24,322 nt of DNA from a virus (lineage: Duplodnaviria > Caudoviricetes): the IMG/VR virus record IMGVR_UViG_3300011102_000288, positions 1-24,322 of that record, one strand, 5' to 3'. Shown here in pieces: positions 1-7,106 of this stretch. The notes below the pieces were generated by a model. It was not told the origin of the DNA, did no database searches, and saw only the letters and a list, made by a program, of their open reading frames with translations. The first letter of the stretch is position 1. The number at the start of each line of letters is the position of its first letter. The position numbers and the translations under genes were made by a program.

Positions 1-3
1 TTA

Positions 4-65
4 AATTCCTAAAACTAGATAGATGATATAGGAGGGGTTAATAAGAGGGGGGAGTTTTAGGAATT
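4..65. repeat. Perfect 13-bp inverted repeat AATTCCTAAAACT...AGTTTTAGGAATT around a 36-nt purine-rich spacer; candidate replication origin or protein-binding site
   Basis: Arms at 4-16 and 53-65 are exact reverse complements; region is AT-rich relative to the rest of the window and lies just upstream of the helicase. Function is inference. Confidence 0.7.
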
Positions 66-112
66 GTGTGTGGAAACGAAAAACGAAATATTCTGCTGGC
101 GGCCACTAATGG

Positions 113-142
113 CTTTTCTTTTCAGTTCAGAAGGGAGATAAT
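113..142 (+). promoter_or_regulatory. Putative sigma70-like phage promoter (TTTTCT-N17-GATAAT)
   Basis: TTTTCT 114-119, 17-nt spacer, GATAAT 137-142; same CTTTTCTTTT start and spacing as the element at 3028-3057; ATG at 149 lies 7 nt after the -10 box. Confidence 0.5.
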
Positions 143-148
143 CCTTCC

Positions 149-2782
149 ATGAAGACACAACTCGTAATAGACAAGAAGACCTCTGTCTTGAAGGGCAACC
201 TCGCTCCTGTCGCAGCGAAGCTGGCGCTGGGGCTTGAGGGCCGGAAGACGTGGCTGTCACCAAACCAGCTGCGCTTTGAGACATCCAAGGCCAACATAGA
301 TCTCGTAATGTCCCTCCTGCCCACAGGGATGGTCGAGGACAAGCGTTCGCGCCCTGACGAGGCCAAACTATTCGATTTGGGGGAGAGCGCTCCCTTGGCC
401 TCCCCTGAGCCCAAATTCAGGCTCGAGCCTTTCGACTTCCAGCGAGAGAATTTCGAGCGGTTCAAGGACCAGCCGGTCTGGGCAATATTTTCAGTTCAGG
501 GGTGCGTTGACCGGGACACCGAATATCTCTCTCCCTCAGGCTGGAGAAAGATATCGGAATATGATGGAGGCATGGTCGCCCAATACAACCTTGATGATGG
601 CAGTGCCTCTTTCGTCCAGCCAGATGAGTATCATGTGAAGCCTTGCAAAGAGATGGTCCATTTCAAGACCAAGTACGGCTGCGACCAGATGCTCAGCAAA
701 GATCACCGGATATTGCTTCAGTCCAGGGTTGATGGTATCCGCCGGAAGCTGCCTCACCAATATTGGCGCGACGATGTCAAGAGGGACGAAAATTGGCAGT
801 TTTTCGAGACCACCCCAGAAAGGCTCATGCAGAGATTTGAGAAAAAGTTCGCCAGAGGCGGGCGAGTTCCTGGCTTCATCCCCACCCATTTCGTGATGGA
901 CGGAGAGGGGATTGACATCGGTGAATTCGACCTTAGACTACAGGTGGCTTTCATCGCGGACGGGACATTTGGTTCAAAGGCCATGGTCAGTTCCCCGAGT
1001 GGCAAGCGCCACGGCTACATAAGAATAAAGAAGCAGAGAAAAAAGGAGCGCCTGGAGTGGATCTTGGCCAGGTCCTCTGTTGAGTGGTCAAAGAAAGATG
1101 TTGCTGGTGGATTTTCAATCTACAAATTCGTCCCTCCGATCAACGAAAAACACTTCGTAAGCGAGTTCTGGTGGAAGGCTTCAGCTGAACAGAAAAGGAT
1201 AATCTCGGAGGAGTGCCTCCATTGGGATGGCTCACGAGGGGCCTTTTGCTCTCACGATGAGAGGGATGCAGATTTCATACAATTCTGCTTCTCTTCGACA
1301 GGCAGGAGATCGCGACTGAGCAAGAGAGGCAAGACGATGTATGTCGGAATGAGCAACGAGCCGGTAGCTCTTGGGGTCCCGAAGGTTGTCCCTTCGCCAG
1401 ACGGGAAGATGTATTGCTTCACAGTCCCTTCATCTTACCTAGTGTTCCGTCGCAACGGTTGTGTGTTCGTGTCAGGCAACTCAGGCAAGACAAAGGTGGC
1501 TTTCGACATCATTTGCCACCGCTATCTGAAGGGCACTGTGACCGGGGTGATCATCCTGAGCAGTCCCAAGGGAGTCCATGCCCAGTGGATCAATGAGCAG
1601 ATGCCCAAGCACCTGTGGGAGGGGATCGAAGTCCAGGCCATGATCTGGGAGGGGAAGAAGCCGCCCCTGTGGTTCGGGCAGCCCTCCAGTAAGCTTCAGA
1701 TCATCTCCGGCAACATCGACATGCTGAAGGGGAAAGGCCATGCCCTGCTGGAGCAGTTCGCCTGCCAGCACAGGCAGAGGCTCATGATCCTTGTTGATGA
1801 GTCTGACTCGATCAAGAACCTGAACTCTGTCCGGTCAAAGAAGCTGCGCAAGCTGGCTGAGGTGACGCGTCAGCGTGCCATCATGTCTGGCACCCCGATA
1901 GCCAAGGATCTGACAGACGAGTTCGCACAATTCTATTTTCTCGATCCTGACATCATCGGGCACAAGTACCTGACAAGCTTCCGGGCGCAATATTGTATCA
2001 TGGACGGATTCGAGAATCGTTATGTGGTGGGGCATAAGAACCTTGAGCAGTTCAAGAGGCTCACTGCCCCTTATATATTCCGGGCGACCAAGGAGGATTT
2101 GAACCTGCCACCCAAGGTTTACGACGAGGTGGTGTTTGACCTGACAGATGAGCAAAGGCGGCTGATCAAGGAGATCAGGGAAAGCTTTTACGCTTCGCTT
2201 GAGAGTGGCGAGGCCACATCCGTCAGCAATGGAGCGGTAGCCCTTCTGCGCATCCAGCAGATATCCAATGGCTTCGTGGCTGTGGACGAAGGGCCTGTCC
2301 GTTTCATCGACAACCCGCGCATGGATGCACTCAAGCAGCTGCGCAAGGACATTTCCGGGCCGGTTGTCATTTGGTGCCGGTTCAAGGCGGATGTCGAGCT
2401 GCTCAAGCAGGAGTTCGGCGCGAGCGCAGCCACCTATTACGGAGAGACAAGCCCTGCTGACCGCGTAGCAGCCAAGGAGGCATTCATCCGAGGAGACGTC
2501 CGTGAACTGATAGCCACTCCGGGCGCAGCCGGGAGGGGCATTGATGGGCTGCAAAAGGTCTGCTCGGACGCAATTTATTACTCTAACTCATTCAATGCCA
2601 TCGACCGGTGGCAGAGTGAGGACAGGACAGACCGGATCGGCGGGAAGGGGACCGCCAGCTATTTTGACTTGATTGGGCGGGGATCGGCAGACAGAGGGAT
2701 ATTGCGCAACCTGAGACGCAAGAAGAACATCAGCGATTTGGCTCTCGAGGAACTCAAGGAAATAATGGACGAAGTGGCATGA
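149..2782 (+). CDS. SNF2/SF2-family phage helicase precursor containing an intein (877 aa; 551 aa after splicing)
   Basis: Spliced Walker A QG/SGKT, Walker B LVDESD, motif III SGTP, motif V-like ATPGAAGRGIDGLQ, motif VI QSEDRTDRIG. Confidence 0.92.
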   Translation: MKTQLVIDKKTSVLKGNLAPVAAKLALGLEGRKTWLSPNQLRFETSKANIDLVMSLLPTGMVEDKRSRPDEAKLFDLGESAPLASPEPKFRLEPFDFQRENFERFKDQPVWAIFSVQGCVDRDTEYLSPSGWRKISEYDGGMVAQYNLDDGSASFVQPDEYHVKPCKEMVHFKTKYGCDQMLSKDHRILLQSRVDGIRRKLPHQYWRDDVKRDENWQFFETTPERLMQRFEKKFARGGRVPGFIPTHFVMDGEGIDIGEFDLRLQVAFIADGTFGSKAMVSSPSGKRHGYIRIKKQRKKERLEWILARSSVEWSKKDVAGGFSIYKFVPPINEKHFVSEFWWKASAEQKRIISEECLHWDGSRGAFCSHDERDADFIQFCFSSTGRRSRLSKRGKTMYVGMSNEPVALGVPKVVPSPDGKMYCFTVPSSYLVFRRNGCVFVSGNSGKTKVAFDIICHRYLKGTVTGVIILSSPKGVHAQWINEQMPKHLWEGIEVQAMIWEGKKPPLWFGQPSSKLQIISGNIDMLKGKGHALLEQFACQHRQRLMILVDESDSIKNLNSVRSKKLRKLAEVTRQRAIMSGTPIAKDLTDEFAQFYFLDPDIIGHKYLTSFRAQYCIMDGFENRYVVGHKNLEQFKRLTAPYIFRATKEDLNLPPKVYDEVVFDLTDEQRRLIKEIRESFYASLESGEATSVSNGAVALLRIQQISNGFVAVDEGPVRFIDNPRMDALKQLRKDISGPVVIWCRFKADVELLKQEFGASAATYYGETSPADRVAAKEAFIRGDVRELIATPGAAGRGIDGLQKVCSDAIYYSNSFNAIDRWQSEDRTDRIGGKGTASYFDLIGRGSADRGILRNLRRKKNISDLALEELKEIMDEVA
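503..1480 (+). mobile_element. Intein with LAGLIDADG homing endonuclease domain (326 aa)
   Basis: Starts CVDRDTEYLSPSGWRKI (block A), SKDH (block B), LQVAFIADGT and EECLHWDGS (LAGLIDADG-like blocks C/E), ends MYCFTVPSSYLVFRRNGCVFVSGN followed by Ser+1; removing it restores the P-loop QGSGKT. Confidence 0.92.
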
Positions 2783-3009
2783 ATATGAATCTGAATGAGA
2801 ACGAAGCGAAGATTTTCAACGCCCTCAAGAAGGGGTGCATGACGATGGACGAACTGACTGCCATGCTCGGTGTGTCCCGGCAGGCAGTGACTGTGCGCAT
2901 GAAATATCTGGCGGCCAAGGTGGCCCCATCTGGGTGGATCATCCAGAACAAGAACGGCTCCCAAGGTCGAGGCCGGAAGGCAATTTATGAGATGACGAAA
3001 AAATTCTGA
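2779..3009 (+). CDS. Small helix-turn-helix DNA-binding protein
   Basis: MTMDELTAMLGVSRQAVTVRMKYL is an HTH pattern; ATGA overlap with the helicase stop. Confidence 0.75.
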   Translation: MNMNLNENEAKIFNALKKGCMTMDELTAMLGVSRQAVTVRMKYLAAKVAPSGWIIQNKNGSQGRGRKAIYEMTKKF

Positions 3010-3027
3010 AATAATCTGATAAAAGGA

Positions 3028-3057
3028 CTTTTCTTTTTCTCCGAGATCGGGCATAGT
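3028..3057 (+). promoter_or_regulatory. Putative early promoter (TTTTCT-N17-CATAGT) with palindromic CCGAGATCGG in the spacer
   Basis: Intergenic; TTTTCT 3029-3034, CATAGT 3052-3057, AT-rich upstream segment; same architecture as 113-142. Confidence 0.55.
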
Positions 3058-3069
3058 TAGGCCATCAAT

Positions 3070-3106
3070 AAGACGCGCCCGGTGGGGCATAGGGAGATAA
3101 GAGATG
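3070..3106 (+). repeat. 37-nt leader repeat, copy 1 (AAGACGCGCCCGG..GGGCA.AGGGAGATAAGAGATG)
   Basis: 34/37 identical to 3399-3435; includes a GCCC/GGGC mini-hairpin, SD and start codon. Confidence 0.9.
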
Positions 3107-3388
3107 GCTAACATGATCTGTATCGTCGGCTACGACCAGCCAGACAACTGCGAGCACTGCGGCAGGCCCCTGATCCATGGCATTCGCACGAACACGCATG
3201 GCATCATTGGCGCTGATTGCTTCGTCAAGCTGATCAAGGCTGACCGGAAGCGCTTCAGAGGAAATGGTAAGCCCTCTGCCTCGATGGTCCGTGACCTGGC
3301 CAAGCTGATCGAATTTCGCTCGCAGCAGCGACTTTCTGAGCTGGGCTACGGACCGCACCACTTCCAGTTCGAGCTTTCGGAAGAATAG
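3104..3388 (+). CDS. Hypothetical phage protein with putative Zn-binding motif
   Basis: Strong SD (GGGAG); CEHCGR...GADC motif. Confidence 0.75.
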   Translation: MANMICIVGYDQPDNCEHCGRPLIHGIRTNTHGIIGADCFVKLIKADRKRFRGNGKPSASMVRDLAKLIEFRSQQRLSELGYGPHHFQFELSEE

Positions 3389-3398
3389 TCAGATCATC

Positions 3399-3435
3399 AA
3401 GACGCGCCCGGCAGGGCAGAGGGAGATAAGAGATG
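3399..3435 (+). repeat. 37-nt leader repeat, copy 2
   Basis: 34/37 identical to 3070-3106; ends in the ATG of the hexapeptide-repeat gene. Confidence 0.9.
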
Positions 3436-4374
3436 ACACTCAAGCCAATTATTTCGAACGACAAGTACGAGTCCACCGGCGAGACCAAGAACATTTTCGG
3501 CATCAGGCTGCACCGCATCCGCTCCAAGGTAGCAATCGGCAATGTCCCAGCTGGCACACTGGGTGGCTGGATCGAGGGCGAGAAGAACCTTGATGCCTTC
3601 GGCAATGCGTGGGTCGCCGGGGATGCATTGGTCTATGGCAATGCTTGCGTCTCTGGCAATGCATGGGTCTCCGGCAATGCGCAGGTCTCTGGAGAAGCTC
3701 GGGTCTCCGGGAATGCATGGGTCGCTGGGGATGCATGGGTCTACGGCGATGTGCAGATCTCCGGCAATGCGCGGGTCTATGGCAATGCGAAGGTTTATGC
3801 CGATGCGAGGGTCTACTGCGACGCACAGGTCTCCGGCAACGCGCACGTCTACGGTGGCGCATTAGTCTCCGGCAATGCGTGGATCTCCGGCAATGCACAG
3901 GTCTCCGGCAATGCGTGGATCTCCGGCAATGCGCATGTCTCCGGCGATGCATTGGTCTCTGGGAATGCGTGGATCTCCGGCAATGCGCAGATTTACTGCG
4001 ACGCATTGGTCTCCGGTGGCGCACTGGTCCACGGCAATGCACTGATCTCTGGCAATGCATTGGTCTGCGGGGATGCACAGGTCTCCGGCAACGCGTGGAT
4101 CTCCGGCAATGCGTTGGTCTGCAGTAATGAGTGCCACATGATCGTAGGTCCTATCGGCCCCGAAAATGGATACCTGACTGCCTTTGTCGAGAGGGACGGA
4201 ACCGTCCGTGTTACGTACGGACACTTCGACGGGACGATAGACAAGTTCTCTGCTGCCCTGGACGAGGCCTATGGCGACGAGCCGCACGGCACTGCCTATC
4301 GGCTGGCTGTCGAGATGATCCGGGAACGTTTTGGTGCAACTCCGGCTGGGCCGGGCGATACAGCAGCAGGGTGA
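3433..4374 (+). CDS. Hexapeptide-repeat (left-handed beta-helix-like) phage protein
   Basis: N-terminal LHRIR...GTLGGWIEGEKNL domain, roughly 29 tandem [VI]-[SYC]-G-[ND]-A-x units, C-terminal TAF...V.YGHFDGTIDKF domain; this architecture is common in phages. Confidence 0.88.
   Translation: MTLKPIISNDKYESTGETKNIFGIRLHRIRSKVAIGNVPAGTLGGWIEGEKNLDAFGNAWVAGDALVYGNACVSGNAWVSGNAQVSGEARVSGNAWVAGDAWVYGDVQISGNARVYGNAKVYADARVYCDAQVSGNAHVYGGALVSGNAWISGNAQVSGNAWISGNAHVSGDALVSGNAWISGNAQIYCDALVSGGALVHGNALISGNALVCGDAQVSGNAWISGNALVCSNECHMIVGPIGPENGYLTAFVERDGTVRVTYGHFDGTIDKFSAALDEAYGDEPHGTAYRLAVEMIRERFGATPAGPGDTAAG
3601..4122 (+). repeat. Degenerate 18-nt coding tandem repeat (GTCTCCGGCAATGCGnnn)
   Basis: Directly visible; encodes the hexapeptide units. 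Confidence 0.9.
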
Positions 4375-4380
4375 TCCTAT

Positions 4381-4413
4381 TCGCCCGCACAACACTCAAG
4401 GAGGTCAGCAATG
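4381..4413 (+). repeat. Boundary repeat family 2, copy A (GCCCGCACAACACTCAAGGAGG..ATG)
   Basis: 20-nt core CCCGCACAACACTCAAGGAG identical to 6846-6865; 26/31 identical to 5143-5173. Confidence 0.85.
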
Positions 4414-5181
4414 AACGCGCGTGAGACACTAATTGCAGCGGTAGACGCGCTGGAGAAGATGGGCTTCGTCATCCTACCCCGCTCCGAGGTTGAGGCGAAG
4501 GACAAGGAGATAATGGAGCTGCGGGAGGCGCTTCGCGGAATGCCATGCCCCCGCCCATGCAAGGGCGCACCAACCCTCACCTACGCTCAGTTTAAGGCAC
4601 TTGACCCCTGCGAGGAGTCTCGCAATCGCGTCGTTGAGCTACTCGGGGGCGCCCGCACGTGGGGCGATAATGGCGTCACGGCAGCGCAGGCGAAGGAAGC
4701 CGGCTGCACGCTCGACGACCTCGTGTGGGCCGCCTCTGCGCTGGCCCGTCGCGACAAGGATGTCGAGCGCCGCCTCCGCCTCTGGATGGCCGATTGCGCC
4801 GCCCACGTCCTGCACATCTATGAACAGCTTGGAACGTCCGAGGCCCCCCGCAACGCAATCATCGCGAACCGGCGGTTTGCTCGTGGTGAGATTGATGCCT
4901 CCGCAAGGGCCGCCGCGATGGATGCCGCAAGGGCCGCCGCATGGGCCGCCGCATGGGACGCCGAAGATGCCGCCGCAAGGGCCGCTGCAAGGGCCGCTGC
5001 ATGGGATGCTGAAGAGGCGTGGCAGCTAGACCGTCTAGTTGCGTGGATGTCCGATGACGAGCCGGACGACTGGCCGCTTCCCGACCGCGCAGCGCCAAAC
5101 GAGACCCGAGGTCGGAATTCCGACATCGGAAGGGCCGATCCAGCCCGCGCCGCACTCAAGGAGGCCAGCTATGGTGAGTGA
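4411..5181 (+). CDS. Hypothetical Ala/Trp-repeat phage protein (Imm5-like domain), probably chimeric
   Basis: RLWMADCAAHVLHIYE...PRNAI...ARGEI followed by AAWAAAWDA repeats, typical of this phage family; strong SD AGGAGG. Confidence 0.75.
   Translation: MNARETLIAAVDALEKMGFVILPRSEVEAKDKEIMELREALRGMPCPRPCKGAPTLTYAQFKALDPCEESRNRVVELLGGARTWGDNGVTAAQAKEAGCTLDDLVWAASALARRDKDVERRLRLWMADCAAHVLHIYEQLGTSEAPRNAIIANRRFARGEIDASARAAAMDAARAAAWAAAWDAEDAAARAAARAAAWDAEEAWQLDRLVAWMSDDEPDDWPLPDRAAPNETRGRNSDIGRADPARAALKEASYGE
5143..5173 (+). repeat. Boundary repeat family 2, copy B (encodes ARAALKE plus SD and ATG of the next gene)
   Basis: 26/31 identical to 4383-4413. Confidence 0.75.
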
Positions 5182-5704
5182 AAAGCAGATCGAGGCGGCG
5201 GCGGATCAAATATCAGAAGGTTTGGGGGCTTTCCTGCGCAAATTCTGTGACAGCGAAGCATCCAAACGTGCGAGGTATTACCTGCACGAGATGCCTAAAG
5301 ATGAGTGGAACCAGATGGCACTCATGCTCGCGACTGAAGCCATCACCGCTGCCGAGCAAGCCGAACCCGCTCCGGCCGCCCGATCTGGCGCGGTGAAGGT
5401 CAAGCAACTGGAATGGGAAGAAACCCATTCACGACGCAGTGATGAAGACCCAACAACCGAATGGAACGGCGGATTTAAGGCCGACAGTGTCCTTGGCTAT
5501 TATGAGATCAGCATGGGCTTCGGATCGGATGCCTACTATTGGGCGGTCACAAACCCGTTTGGTGATGATGTGGGCAGCGATTTTGAAGACCCCTCGTATG
5601 CCAAAGCAGCCGCGCAGCAGGATTACGAGCGCCGCATCCTCTCCGCCCTAGAGACTGCCGAGACTGAGCGGCTGCGGACCTATCGCGATACGCAGGAGCA
5701 ATAA
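5171..5704 (+). CDS. Hypothetical phage protein (start moved to ATG 5171)
   Basis: AAGGAGG SD before 5171; VKVKQLEW...AKAAAQQDYERRILSAL motif recurs in alphaproteobacterial phage small proteins. Confidence 0.75.
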   Translation: MVSEKQIEAAADQISEGLGAFLRKFCDSEASKRARYYLHEMPKDEWNQMALMLATEAITAAEQAEPAPAARSGAVKVKQLEWEETHSRRSDEDPTTEWNGGFKADSVLGYYEISMGFGSDAYYWAVTNPFGDDVGSDFEDPSYAKAAAQQDYERRILSALETAETERLRTYRDTQEQ

Positions 5705-5706
5705 CG

Positions 5707-6075
5707 ATGACCAAGACTCTAGAAGAAATGATCGCAGAAATACGCCGCCTCGAGGCGGAAGAAATACAAGAGAAAGTAGCTCGTCATCTCTGCAAACTCA
5801 TGGACGATGAATGGAAGCTCGGGAGCAAGCTGTACATGAGTACAGCCAAGGAAATCCTAGAAGACATCGCCCTGCCGGAGTTGTTGAAGGCGTTGGAGAC
5901 ACCAGTCGCTTGGTTGCATGAAATAACGGAACCAGATGGTTTGCACAGTGTGATGTTATCTCAATCACCTGAAAATCCTTGGTCTCATTGGCTTTCTTCT
6001 CATTCAAAGCAGTGCGTATACGTTAGAAAGTCTCTATTCGCCCTACCACCCCACGGAGGCGGCGATGAAGGTTGA
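5707..6075 (+). CDS. Hypothetical phage protein
   Basis: AGGAG SD; packed in operon; PVAW motif typical of mosaic phage small proteins. Confidence 0.7.
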   Translation: MTKTLEEMIAEIRRLEAEEIQEKVARHLCKLMDDEWKLGSKLYMSTAKEILEDIALPELLKALETPVAWLHEITEPDGLHSVMLSQSPENPWSHWLSSHSKQCVYVRKSLFALPPHGGGDEG

Positions 6076-6451
6076 GGAATTGGTGAGGGAGCTTCGCGAG
6101 CAGGAGCGATCCCTTCAGTATAACGCAATTGAGTACGGCTGCGTCGATAGCGGCATCGCAGCTAACGTTGCATCGCAGGCCGCCGACAAGCTGGAAGAAC
6201 TTGCCGCCGCCCTTGCCGATCGCGACAAGGAGATAGCGGAACTAAGGGAGGCAGCAGAGCCATTTTCACGATTGGCATCAGTCTTGTGTGTCGGCGACAC
6301 AGACGACGCAATCGTAATTGGCGTTTCTGCTGGCGATCTTCGGCGACTGGTGAACGCCTGCCGTGCACGCGAAGGATGGAAATCCGAGACATGCCCCGAA
6401 TGTGGCGGCAAGGGCAATGCCCAGCCGGTTGCCTCAACCAACCCGGCATGA
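6065..6451 (+). CDS. Hypothetical coiled-coil phage protein ending in a single CPECGGKG half zinc-finger
   Basis: GGAGG SD; overlaps the upstream gene; DKEIAELREA segment shared with ORF 4411. Confidence 0.7.
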   Translation: MKVEELVRELREQERSLQYNAIEYGCVDSGIAANVASQAADKLEELAAALADRDKEIAELREAAEPFSRLASVLCVGDTDDAIVIGVSAGDLRRLVNACRAREGWKSETCPECGGKGNAQPVASTNPA

Positions 6452-6479
6452 ATCTTACAAGTCAAGATGAGAAAGGAAA

Positions 6480-6818
6480 GTGAATATGAAAAAGTTGCTT
6501 ATCGGTGTGGCCTTGGCCCTTGGAATCATCCTTCCAGCAGAAGCAAATGACGACCCGTGCAAGTCTTTAGAGGCGGTGGCATTGGTGATCCTCGAAGCCA
6601 AAAATGACGGAATGCCAATGTCCGAGGCCATGGATATCGCTGGAAAGTCATCCGAAAACAAGGAAGTCCGTCGCCTCATGCGGTCACTGGTCATGGATGC
6701 TTATAAGCTTACCCCGATGATGTCGGAAGAAGGGAAGCGTCTACAGGCGACCCATTTTATGCACAAGGTCTCATACACCTGCTACCAGATGCTGGATGAC
6801 GCGTGGATGCTGGACTGA
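6480..6818 (+). CDS. Predicted exported/periplasmic protein
   Basis: MKKLLIGVALALGIILPAEA fits a signal peptide with an A-x-A site (start probably 6486); two Cys in the mature part. Confidence 0.75.
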   Translation: MNMKKLLIGVALALGIILPAEANDDPCKSLEAVALVILEAKNDGMPMSEAMDIAGKSSENKEVRRLMRSLVMDAYKLTPMMSEEGKRLQATHFMHKVSYTCYQMLDDAWMLD

Positions 6819-6841
6819 TGCCTGTATGGTAGAGCAGGCAA

Positions 6842-6865
6842 TCGCCCCGCACAACACTCAAGGAG
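6842..6865 (+). repeat. Boundary repeat family 2, copy C
   Basis: CCCGCACAACACTCAAGGAG identical to 4384-4403; supplies the SD for ORF 6870. Confidence 0.85.
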
Positions 6866-6869
6866 AACA

Positions 6870-7106
6870 GTGATGATGCTTTCTGAAGAACGGATTAACA
6901 GCCAGATGTCTGAGTCCCCGACCGGCGACCTCGAAATTGCGATCGTGAAGTTGCTGTTGGACATAGGCTTCCAGCACAAGCGGATCGCGGCGCTTTTTGA
7001 CTGCAATCAGGGCCGAATTGCCGAGATTGCGACTGGCAAGAAGGGCACAGGCGTCGGGTACGAATTCCACATTCTGGAGGACTGCGGCAATGGGCGGACT
7101 TCCTGA
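6870..7106 (+). CDS. Small HTH-like DNA-binding protein
   Basis: QHKRIAALFDCNQGRIAEIATGK helix-turn-helix pattern; AAGGAG SD. Confidence 0.7.
   Translation: MMMLSEERINSQMSESPTGDLEIAIVKLLLDIGFQHKRIAALFDCNQGRIAEIATGKKGTGVGYEFHILEDCGNGRTS

Noticed and set aside
1472-1489. TCAGGCAAC TCAGGCAAG tandem at the intein C-terminal junction as a target-site duplication
   Set aside because: Explained by SGN/SGK coding; intein homing does not create duplications
3601-4122. Possible CRISPR array or DGR-like repeats
   Set aside because: Units are contiguous 18-nt coding repeats without unique spacers; no cas or reverse transcriptase gene in the window
3397-4395. Cys-rich and Arg/His-rich alternative-frame ORFs (3609..4127 +, 3503..4078 -, 3397..3846 -, 3862..4395 -)
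   Set aside because: Shadow frames kept open by the stop-free repeat unit; the SD-led hexapeptide frame explains the region
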